From contig NC_135762.1 of NCBI RefSeq assembly GCF_052425735.1, forward strand, positions 31,310,001 to 31,374,000: a stretch of 64,000 bases of DNA, written 5' to 3'. Shown in pieces: positions 14,601-24,170 of the stretch. The DNA comes from Oculina patagonica. Taxonomy: Eukaryota. Within the stretch, counting starts at the first letter, position 1. Every line of letters begins with the position of its first letter. The position numbers and the translations under genes were made by a program. A model generated the notes under the pieces. It was not told the DNA's origin. It ran no database searches and worked only from the letters and a program-made list of their open reading frames with translations.

Positions 14601-16193
14601 TTAATAAACGTAGCTTGGCCTTGCTTTTGTAGTCTGATGACAGATAAGAGTAAAAAACTGGAAGTAACGAGTCGTTACTTTCAGTTTTTTACTCTTATCT
14701 GTCATTAGGCTACAAGCGGAATATGTTTGAAAATTTTTATCAGTCATCGACTGATAAAAATTTTCAAACACGCTTATTATCGTCTTGACGTGATTTCGTT
14801 GTCACTAAGCTAAGTGATGACCTTTTGATTTCCTGACAATAAAGTGATGTTTCTACCACGCCTTATGCCAATTTCAGACGAACTCTTATTAAGCGACCAA
14901 CCTCTATCGACCACTTAAAGGGACTTTGTCACAGATTTTTAGCTAAATTTACGGGTATGGGAAATGCCCATCAAATTCGTTGAAATATAAAAAAAAACCT
15001 CTCAAAACAGTGAAGGAACATGTCAATAACACAGCAAATACAAAAGAAGGTACGGATGGCCAAAAGTGACGAAGATTGAAACGGATTGCGATATGGATTT
15101 TTATAATATTGTTGGGCTGAACAGTTTTCAAAGTCAACCTTGTTTGCTTGTGACTTAAAATTATAACGCCCGAGAGACTCATTTGGTTGCAATGAAGCTA
15201 TGGTTTTATCGTTTAGGTCCATAGAAGTATTTTTGGGAAGGTTCATAGGTTCATAGGGAACATAGGGAATATTTGGCAAAGCTAAATAAAATAAACTTTT
15301 TAACTCAGCCGTGACACAATCCCTTTAACATTTCCCCAAAGGCTTTGTACTTACTTGCCGTCTTGATCCGTTGCCCATGTCAATGAACTTCCTTCTGGAC
15401 TCGTGTGATACTTAATCCACACGCATCTGGGCCAAGCTTTCCCGGTTGCATCAGGTTTCGAAATCTGCACGCACCACCCATGCACAGAATACGACAGCCC
15501 CTTGAATGGCAAAGGAGTATGGGTCTTATCACCAAGGATGTTACCAAGGAAACCGTTTTGTACCCCGGATGAAGATGTTTCTTGCGTCAAAAGGCTGTCT
15601 TGTCTTTGACCCAAAAATGACACTTCAAAGTCTTCAGGCAGGAAGACTTCACTCACTGATTCGATGTTCACCAATGTACTGTCTAATGCCATTTGAAATG
15701 GCTTTTTTGTCACATCCTCGTTACGAGGTTCAAGAAATAATACAATATTGCCCTTCATAATTTTTTCGCTAAATTTGACAGACAGGTCTAAGATGTAGTG
15801 ATACACCAGAACTTCATCGACATTAGCCATTAATGGCAAGTCATCGCTTTTATTCCAGTTTGTGTCAAGAGGACTTTTAGTTCTACTGTTGCATTCAGAA
15901 TCAGATTCATTTCTCAGCTTCTTTGCAGAAGTTTGTTCAACATCTCCAGAATTATTGATTGACAACGACCTTTTCCTGTCAAAGGCATCTTCACTTTCAA
16001 TCTCCATGTCTTTATTTACCTCAGTTGCAAATGCATTCATAGCCTTAGATTGAGCTTCTTCAACATCACCAGAATTATCGATTGACAACGACCTTTTCCT
16101 GACACAGGAATCTTCACTATAAATCTCCATGTCTATATTTAAATCTTCAGTTACAAACGCATCTATGTCCCTTAGATTGAGCTTCCTCAACAT
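3513..16193 (-). CDS. AOPEP: Aminopeptidase O (M1 zinc metallopeptidase), 16 exons, ~820 aa from the first in-frame ATG (true start uncertain)
   Basis: GT-AG exons with consistent phases and no stops: 16193-15355, 14198-14026, 13201-12904, 12781-12595, 12226-12120, 10720-10695, 10600-10479, 9277-9170, 8906-8863, 8387-8333, 7616-7557, 6710(or 6716)-6627, 6367-6251, 5803-5766, 5658-5610, 3662-3513 (TAG). Motifs typical of AOPEP: DDLPLMAN..HYILDL, INNRSLMPCQEPPVAMSTWQA, CMGLKSP in place of GAMEN, HEISH-x18-E zinc site (12714-12700), QVHYLKGYFLL, basic KVRKRKK segment, RHRWCELVVKH, EDQGMGIYLFGEL. Confidence 0.93.
3823..5183. mobile_element. Non-autonomous DNA element with ~200-bp imperfect TIRs (ATAGTCCATCAGCT...AGCTGATGGACTAT) in the last AOPEP intron
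   Basis: 3823-~4035 is the diverged reverse complement of ~4993-5183. The interior holds unrelated GC-rich and MITE-like fragments. Confidence 0.8.
9398..9918. mobile_element. MITE with many ATCGTTATATCG subterminal repeats
   Basis: Starts cagtgtaaccccgatataacgat and ends atcgttatatcggggttt; the motif recurs more than 8 times in both orientations. Confidence 0.75.
10930..11079. other. Assembly gap (150 N) inside an AOPEP intron
   Basis: Run of n. Flanking exon phases are compatible without requiring a hidden exon. Confidence 0.99.
11116..11300. mobile_element. MITE TAGCCTGCGT...ACGCAGGCTA, 9-bp TSD
   Basis: Long internal palindrome; TSD agtgaagga at 11107-11115 and 11301-11309. Confidence 0.85.
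11372..11943. mobile_element. piggyBac-like MITE (TTAA-CCCT...AGGG-TTAA)
   Basis: TIR cccttaatatgct / agcatattaaggg, flanked by TTAA at both ends. Confidence 0.8.
13712..13972. mobile_element. Short interspersed MITE-like repeat
   Basis: Repeated gattggt/ccaatca motifs and imperfect terminal inverted ends (aagcagtt.. / ..aaaccgctcta). Confidence 0.55.
14463..14914. mobile_element. TA-CAGT MITE with ttaagcggcc subterminal repeats and two internal hairpins; right end cut by a TTAA element
   Basis: Starts tacagtcgaaccc; repeated taagcggcc; hairpins at 14627-14715 and 14724-14770. Confidence 0.65.
14915..15328. mobile_element. TTAA-flanked element (Kolobok-like ends AGGGA..GTCAC / GTGAC..TCCCT)
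   Basis: ttaa-agggactttgtcac ... gtgacacaatccct-ttaa. Confidence 0.75.
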
Positions 16194-16305
16194 CACCAAA
16201 AGTGTCTTTCGACGACCTTTTCTTGGCACAGGTTTCTTCACTAACAATCTCCATGTCTTCACTTTTTTCAGCTACAAACGCATCTGTAGCCTTAGATTGA
16301 GCTTC
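15935..16305 (-). repeat. Three ~120-127-bp coding-type tandem repeats (EAQSKAxDAFVxE..DMEIxSE..KRSLS..GDVE)
   Basis: Anchor cttagattgagcttc at 16291, 16171 and 16044. A +1 insertion at ~16170 breaks the frame between units. Confidence 0.85.
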
Positions 16306-17009
16306 CTTATCTTCCATAATCTCAAACAAATTCCTGTACGTATATGGAATAGCCTCTGTACTGTTCTCAGAATCAGAGTTAGATTCAATTTGTTCATGTT
16401 GAGAAGTGCCTATGTATCCACTAGTTGCATCTTTGCAAACAGATTCTGGCATATGTGTTGAAGGAACACAAGCAGTTTGCTTAGAACTTTCCAAGTTCCC
16501 GGGCTTGTGACCTTTCCGAGTCCTTTCCTTACAGCCTTTCTTCCCCTGGCAATTACCGGGGGCAGCTTGGGAAGCCGAGTCTTCAAAGGTACTATCTGTT
16601 GGGCTCCATCTGCTTCTCTTCCATCTCATCTTGATCTTTACAAAATTTTGTAAAGTTCTGGAGCCATCTTTGGAATGGCGTGTTAATTTCATCGTCAGAT
16701 TTAGTCCCTGACTGGCTTAAACCGGTGTTATTGGTTTTCTTGCTCTTCTTTTCAGTCTTCTTTTTATTCTTCTTCTCTCGCTGCAAGGGTACATCCGTTA
16801 CAACTGTGCCAAGAGTTGAAGATTGCCCCTTAAGACACGTGACATGATCTGGTTCCCCGTCATGCTTGCCTTCAACAGGAACTAAATTCACTGCATTTCC
16901 TTCAACCACTGGTGTGCTTGCATTTGTCACAGCGGTGCTGGTGATTGAGGACGAATTCTCATGATAGGTTACATGCCCGCCGGCTCCTGGTCAAGCTCAC
17001 TTTCATTGC

Positions 17010-17645
17010 TGACTAGTACTCAAAGAACTCCCATCTTCCGCTGACAACAATGCAACATCTTCAAAGGGGCTGATGGCTGAACATGGCTTTGCATGACACA
17101 TCACATCAACTGCCTCCACTTTAAGTTGATCTTCATCAACAGCAAGTTTAATTGTACTTGCTTCCACCTTTGGCGAGATTGCATGTTCATTAACTGGACT
17201 GATGGCGGAAGATGGCTTCGCATAAGAAGTTAACCAATCTAGCTCCTCATCAAGCCTGTCTTCTCCATCCACCAGGTTCACATTACTTTCTACTTCCCGT
17301 AGAAAGCTTGTATCTTCTTCTACTGGGCTAATAGTTGCACATGGGCTGATGATTGAAGATGGCTTCTCTTGGAAGGCTACATGCAGTGGCAGATCACTGA
17401 GCTCAGTTCCATCATTGGCTAGTTTTGTAGTGCTTTCTCTCAGCTCTGGAAAGCTTGACTCTTCCCCAAGTGGGCTTAAGACTGAAGATGGGCTTGATGT
17501 TTGAAGATAGCTCCTCATAACACGGTCCGCAGTTTGACCCCTCGTCAAGCCTGTCTTCGCTATCACCCACACTCAATGTACTTCCATCCGCTCCTGGCGA
17601 AGTTAAACCATCTTGCACTGGGCTGATAGCTGAAGATTGGCTGAT
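17010..17645 (-). repeat. About five degenerate ~43-49-codon repeats (PSSAISPV...EDRLDE)
   Basis: Recurrent gggctgat..gaagatggc motif; peptides SSAISPVQ, SSVLSPLG, ATISPVE, SSAISPVN, CSAISPFE. Confidence 0.7.
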
Positions 17646-18646
17646 GGGTGTGTTATTGAACATTGACCCACCATTGTCCTCAATCCCGACTGAAGAGCTT
17701 GTAACTGCCATCACTGTACTGATAGTAGTTGAAGACTTCTCATGGCCTGTTACACCACCTAACTCCTCGTTGCCTGTGAAGAGTTTCCAATCCGAGTTTG
17801 ACACACCACTGTTGCCATTTCCCTCTGAAAAGCTTTGCATCCATCATAACTGCTCTGGTTGTCGAGAAGGTTTTGTCATAAAACATGACTCCATCAGGCT
17901 CTTCATTTCCTGAAAACATTTGTCATTGGACACACAAATGTGTCCACCATCCATGTTGAATGATTCAGCTGAACTTTCACCTTGCGTAGTTTCCCATTCC
18001 TTTGTGAGTAAAGCATTGTTGGAAGAAGGGTCTGCTTCTTCACTTGGCGCAGTGGGTTGCACGTCACCACTAGACGGACCAGCGTGAATACCTTTCCCGT
18101 GAACAGATTCCAAAGTGTTTCCTTCAATGGAAGTTGCGTGGACACCTTTTGGAAATGTCCCAGTTGTGGAAGTGTACCTTACAGGGTTTGATGCTGGTGA
18201 AAGCAAATGAAGTCCACATTTCCTACTCAAGCCTGACAGCACGTGACAAGTTTCCATGTACACTTCTTCCAATGTCCAGGATGACACGCCATGAGAAACT
18301 GGCTTTTTGCTGTATACAGCTGCAACACAACAAAGCCAACTAAGAGCACTTTTCTGACGAATTTCGAAAATAAATTTCAGTTTTAATTACTCGTATGTAA
18401 TTTACTTAGTTTAAGACAAGCCATGTCACCAAATTTTAAGTCATTTTTCTGGTGTACATAAATTTGTTGTCAAATTGAAGGGAAACCTCAAAATAATAGT
18501 TTTCCAAGTTACATAAACACCACTGAGAAGTATTAGAAGCCGAAAATAAACAAGGATGGTTAGGAATGAGGAAAGTTAAGACAGATTACATGCGACAAAC
18601 TTGCAAAAATTGACCATTCTCTAACTTAACTTAGTGTGTGGGAGGC

Positions 18647-19020
18647 TCCACCGCGGTCAAACAACAGAAATATGCAAAAAATAAGAAAAGTACTGCAAAG
18701 ATAAGGTTTTAATTTTCACAGTTCAAAGTTCGATACATAACCGGTATCCTAAGGGTTTACTAAGTTTTTTGGAGCTTTAAGAAATAAAGTTCTACATGTT
18801 TGAAAATAGCGATAGACGGACTTGTCGGCGCCATTTGTCAAAGCACCTTTGGTTCGGATGTGAAACATTTAAAAAGTAAAAACACTGGTTTACCTGAGGG
18901 AATGGGATTATGCTTTCACTCGGCAATTATTTTTATCTATCTTGCTCGTAACTAACACATAATTTGAAAAAAACGGTGAAATGGAAAGAAAACCTGCCTG
19001 AGACGTTTGACCGCGGTGAA
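18647..19020. mobile_element. TIR element (TYCACCGCGGTCAAAC ends) with 5-bp TSD GAGGC, inserted in a SINE head
   Basis: 16-bp inverted ends; gaggc at 18642-18646 and 19021-19025. Confidence 0.7.
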
Positions 19021-19344
19021 GAGGCATGGTGGCCTAATGGTTAGCACGCTGGACTCTGGACTGGAGGGGTCTGGGTTTAAGCCTTGACCGGGGTCATGTG
19101 TTGTGTTCTTGGGCAAGACAATTAATTACTCTCATAGATCCTCTCTCCACCCAGGTGAATAAATGGGTACCAGCAAACTAATGCTCAGGGGTTAACCATG
19201 CGATGGACTACGACCTCATCCAGGGCGGAGTATAGGAACAATCCTAGTTGCTTTATGTTACAGAAACCAGGATAAGCTCCAAGCCTGTATCGACCACTTG
19301 GCTCAAAGCAGAGTTCACCTACCTACCTACCTACCTACCTACCT
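19021..19344 (+). mobile_element. tRNA-derived SINE with (ACCT)n tail
   Basis: A-box-like tggcctaatgg head, conserved body tgttcttgggcaagaca..ccacccaggtg..aaatgggtacc, (acct)7 tail; same family as 31283 and 21828. Confidence 0.8.
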
Positions 19345-21827
19345 AAAATAGAAGAATAGTTTATCATTTTACCTGAAGGAATTCCTTTACCAGCTAACCT
19401 ATTGCCGTTCTCGCCAACAGCAAGATGGATCATATACAGCAACACAGGAAAAGATGCAGAGCAGTTTCTGTTTTCATTTTCAACCAGCCCCGTCACGGCA
19501 AGATGACTGTCAGAGGATGTCTTTCCCACCCTGTTTTCAGAGGCATCACTACCCTGATTATCTTTGAGCCTGTTCTTGATCACATATGCTTGCATCGCTG
19601 TGACATGCTGGAGATGTACTCCATAGCAAATGTCACCAGCCCTGTAGTCATTCCAGTCCTTTACAAGCTTGATAAGCTCCAAGGTAGGTCTTGAAAACAT
19701 GGGCCCTAGTGCTACGAACAGAACTTTATGATGTATCACAAGGCAAAAGATCCAAATGGTTCTTTAGTGACTCTTGCTGGAGAGTGGTCTCCCTGTGTTG
19801 CATTCGTATAACCATGTACTCAAACTTCACATCAGAGGCTTTTCGTGTTTGAAGATTTGCCACTATTGCATCGGCTAGAGCAGTGAATGATGCAGAATGC
19901 CTGGAATTGTCAGGTCTCTTATGATGGTGTACCAGGACATTCATCTTGAACAAGAAAAACAACCCGCATTGACGACATGACCAAGCCAGGTGGAGTGACC
20001 TAAATTTGGAATTTAAAAACCACATGTAACCTTCAAAGGACTTATGTCATTATAAAGATACTGATCTAGTGAACTGTATATCTTTGAAGGTATACTATTG
20101 AATTGATCTTTACTGCCACATCACCAGCTTTTCATTCTCGTAAGCCCTATTGCCACATAACAATCTCATCTTACCTCTATTAAACGCCGGGCCCTGAATA
20201 AACGCCGGGTCTCCTTTTTAAATAAACCCTTAAACATTTTATTTTTTTTAAAAATAATTTAATATATTCTTCAAAAAAAAAAAGTTCTAAGAAACGATCA
20301 AATAAATCTTAAATAAGGTTTGGGGTTTTGGGTTTATAAATTGGATTGTTATTCACTGATGATCCAATTGTATGCAAGACAAATAAATTGACAGTTTGCA
20401 AAAAAAGTCCTGTCCCATAGCCTGGAGTGAATGGATTTTCCTGTCAGGCTGGATTTTATCTATCGCTTGCCCAATGGACAAGTAACATTTCAGACTAGAT
20501 TAGACCTAGACCTGATTAGATTAGACCTAACAATTATATAAGAATACGCAAGGCCACCTCCCCATCCCACCCCAACTTACTTCCGTTCGCTCTGGAAATA
20601 AAAATGAAAGCCCTTATACATGTACCTGATCTTCTTTGCCTTCTGTTAAAAGCCTTTCATCCACATTATCGCAGCCCAGGAACCCCAAGCCCATCTCCCT
20701 CGCCAGGTCTGGAAACCCCTCAGAGCATGCTCTGTGTACTGCATCCCTTAGTCTTGTACCACATGTACCAGAAGTTATGCTGGGGACCATGGTCGAAAGC
20801 ATCAAGTGCAGATCAGCAACCTGGGAACCAGTCTCATAAACTTCTTTTGTACTGCCGCACAGAATAGAGTGTAGTTTTGTCTTCAACCAGTTTGCATCTA
20901 CTGGCCAGTCCTGAAAAAAGAAATGGCACTTGAGGCAAATTTGACTTTGCTTGACAGGCCTAGATAAATTTTCATCCCTAGAATCCCTACCCTAGAGGTC
21001 ATTTAATACACATGAAGCCACAATAAAGGGGGAAGGGTAGGGGGGGGGGGGGGGGGCAGGAGTGTCTGAACTTCCTGCTGTTATTTTTATATTACCGGTA
21101 GCTTGTGCTGCTGATGTTACAGTTAATCAACTTCAAGTTAACAGTTAGCTAACAAATTCTTTGAGCAGCCAGTATCAAAGAGAAATCTTTGCTTCAAATT
21201 TTTGTAGAGAGAATTTATCATGCTCCACATTTTGGGAGAAGGAAATCATTGCTCCATATTTGCAAGACAACTAAAACAAAATCGACCAAACACATTACAG
21301 TTGAATATACTACATCCACTTTTATTTATCATACAATTTTAGCATAACAAAAACACAGACTTACTGCGTGAGAACAGTCTAATTTCAACGTGAAACAGGA
21401 TGAGATGTGGGTAGCCATGAGCACATCCTTCAGCACACTCTGGCAAGCCATCACAAAGTCATGCAGTGAACAAAACTCTTCAAATCCAGCCTGTTTTCCA
21501 ATAGCAAATGGAGTACATGCGAACACTTGACCTTGGCAGCTAGAGTGACAGCTCAAGACTGTGACGACTTCAACTGTTGGAAATGAATGGGGAATGAATT
21601 CAGTTAATGTGAGAATTAGGAAGGTAATCATAACTCTGAGGTATACTGTCTGAATCTGAAAGACATGGTGGCCTTATTAAATCTGATTAAAATCGTGACA
21701 TAGTCCCTTTTAGTGCATTAGGCCCCCTTAGGTTAAGCCTAGCCTAGGGTATTGTCTTGTGTTCTTGGGCAAGACATAAATATTCTCACAGTTCCTCGCT
21801 ACACCCAAGAGTACAAATAAATGGTGG

Positions 21828-22128
21828 GTTAAGTCTGCATTTGAGCTTACTGACCAATCAGGCTGGAGCTTATTCTGGTTTCAGTAGCATGAAGCAACTA
21901 GGCATATTTCTACTCCCCCTTGGATGGGATCCTAGTCCATCACAAAGTTACCCCCAAGCATTAATTCACCAGTACCCATTTATATGCCTGGGTGGAGAAA
22001 GGCACTGTGAGACTCAGAGTATAGTGTCTTGCCCAAGAACACAACACAATGACCCCAGCCAGGGCTCGAATCCAGACCGCTCAATCTGGAGTCCAGCGCA
22101 CTTACTATAAGCCACTGTACCTTCCACA
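21828..22128 (-). mobile_element. tRNA-derived SINE, reverse orientation
   Basis: Reverse complement of the SINE body at 19021 and 31283; a short forward fragment lies at ~21750-21820. Confidence 0.75.
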
Positions 22129-22368
22129 GGCAAATTGTCAGGGTAACCTGCTGGGGGATATCTGCACTGTACAAGCACATCACGCTGGAGTCACCATGTT
22201 ACAGAAGCCATGAGGGTTCAGTGCTAGCTGGCCTGGTGACCACGCCTTCATGCCAAGTGGTACAGAAGGCCATCCTTCCTCATTCCTCTACCCATTTCCA
22301 AATTTGGCAAGGTTAAACCTGCCAGGGACTTGCCTAGACGACACTGATAAGCACAGTGCTTCTCCCAA

Positions 22369-22622
22369 TACAGTAAAAACCCACGAGTAAGAACCTGCAT
22401 TTTCCCAAGTTAGCCTAAACAGGTGTCTCCAAAGGGGATCCAGAATGCTAACTTAAGTCCCTTTTTCCCCTAAAAATAAACATTTTGAATTGATTTTAGA
22501 AAATAAGAACCTATTCCCAAATTGTAGGCTAAAAAGGTTCTTATAAAGAGGGTGTCTAACTGGCAAATTTTAGCCTAACAGGTTCTTAAAAACTAGGTTC
22601 TTACTCGCGGGTTTTTACTGTA
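22369..22622. mobile_element. Tc1/mariner-like MITE (TA TSD)
   Basis: ta-cagtaaaaacccacgagtaagaacc / ggttcttactcgcgggtttttactg-ta. Confidence 0.85.
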
Positions 22623-23681
22623 TCTTGAAATGGAACCGAGCCTTACATGCACCAATCTTAACAATTGTCTGGATCCCACTAGTAACTCTCAGAAAGAAAA
22701 GAAGGAAAAAAATTAAGAGGAGTTGGACTTGAGAATAAAACCTGAACTCACATACCTGTCGGCCAGTGACTGTTCAGGAAGTTCAACTTTGCGATACATT
22801 CCATCAGTTCCTGACGGCTTACAAAGTTCTGAGTGATGACCACACAGTCGTTTTGTTGAGTTCCTGCATATTGGAGAATATTTTTATTGTCAAGAATTGT
22901 AGTTTAAACTATTTAAAATAGTTGAAATGTTCAAAAAATTACAGTTATGTGTAACAGGCTTCCAAAGTTTCCCATTAATGTCCAAACCTCTCAGACTCAA
23001 TACAAATTAATCAACAGGTATCATTTCTGAGAAAGTAAATTGCCCTCAGCCTTAAGTGAGCTGGACACTTTGCCCTAAAGGTTTTCACTGTCCACATAAA
23101 AAAATCTGCTCCTTGATCATCATTTATTACGGTTTTCAGTGAAATGCAAACTCTGAAATTCAAAATCCAACAAACGATTGCGTTTTTCGCTGCCAACAAT
23201 CATAATTATGGCAACTGCCAACGAACAATGACAAAAAGAAACAAACAAAATGGATCAAGATCTACCAATCACAACTGACAGACGTGACCTTTTGACCTGG
23301 TTGAAGTGAACTTCTGTTTCCCAAGAGGTCCGCTAAGATGATATATGGCAGCAAAAAACGTAAAGCGGTGGTCGAGGATTGTATTTCAGAGTTCGCATTT
23401 CACTGAAAACCGCAATAATACCTTCAGCCATAAATGCAGCCTCGAGAAACAGAGACATCCAATCCCCAAACTGAGATTGAGGATCTTTGAGGTTGAACAC
23501 AGCGAGGACCTGAAGCCACAAAAATATAATAAAAAATGCAACTTATGAGCTAATGTCAGCCAGGCATAAAGCAACATTTTTAAAGTGTTGTTATCATGAA
23601 AATGTCACAGATGCACATATAACATCAAATACACATAGGCAAAGGCAAAGTCGAGTCAGAGGAATAATGGGAACATTGTAG

Positions 23682-24170
23682 TACAGTTGAAGCTCTCGTA
23701 AGTGGATATCTTTGGGATGCGAAAAAAGTGTTCATAACTAGAGCTGGCCGCTTAAGAGAATGGTTCTCATGAGCGGCTACTAGAGGTGTAGGGGATAGAT
23801 GGCCGCTTACGGGAGCTTGCCCGGCTAAAAATAAGCAGACAGACTTGGGTGATGGTAAAACCAAATACTGAAATATGGTACTGTAATTACTGTAAAATTA
23901 AATCATCAGTGAGGAACGGCGATGTGAAGTTGATTGATAAAAACAAGATACAGAGGTTGTGAATAGGATTTCTTTGGGGTGTCCACTTATGGGAGCTTAA
24001 AAACAAAGAAAAAGTCTCTGAAAGTGTCCGTGGCCGCTTACGGGAATGTCCGCTTATGAGAATGTAAAAATACAAAGTTTGTATGGGAGTTAAAACAGGG
24101 TTTCAAACAAGGCGGCCGTAAGTAGAGTTGTCCACTTACGAGAGTGTGCGTTAAGCGAGCTTCGACTGTA
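23682..24170. mobile_element. Tc1/mariner-like MITE (TA TSD) with ggccgcttac repeats
   Basis: ta-cagttgaagctc / gagcttcgactg-ta. Confidence 0.8.

Noticed and set aside
16991-20134. In-frame TGA codons read as selenocysteine or programmed readthrough
   Set aside because: They co-occur with TAG/TAA stops and frameshifts, lie in non-catalytic low-complexity sequence, and no SECIS was recognised. Decay explains them better.
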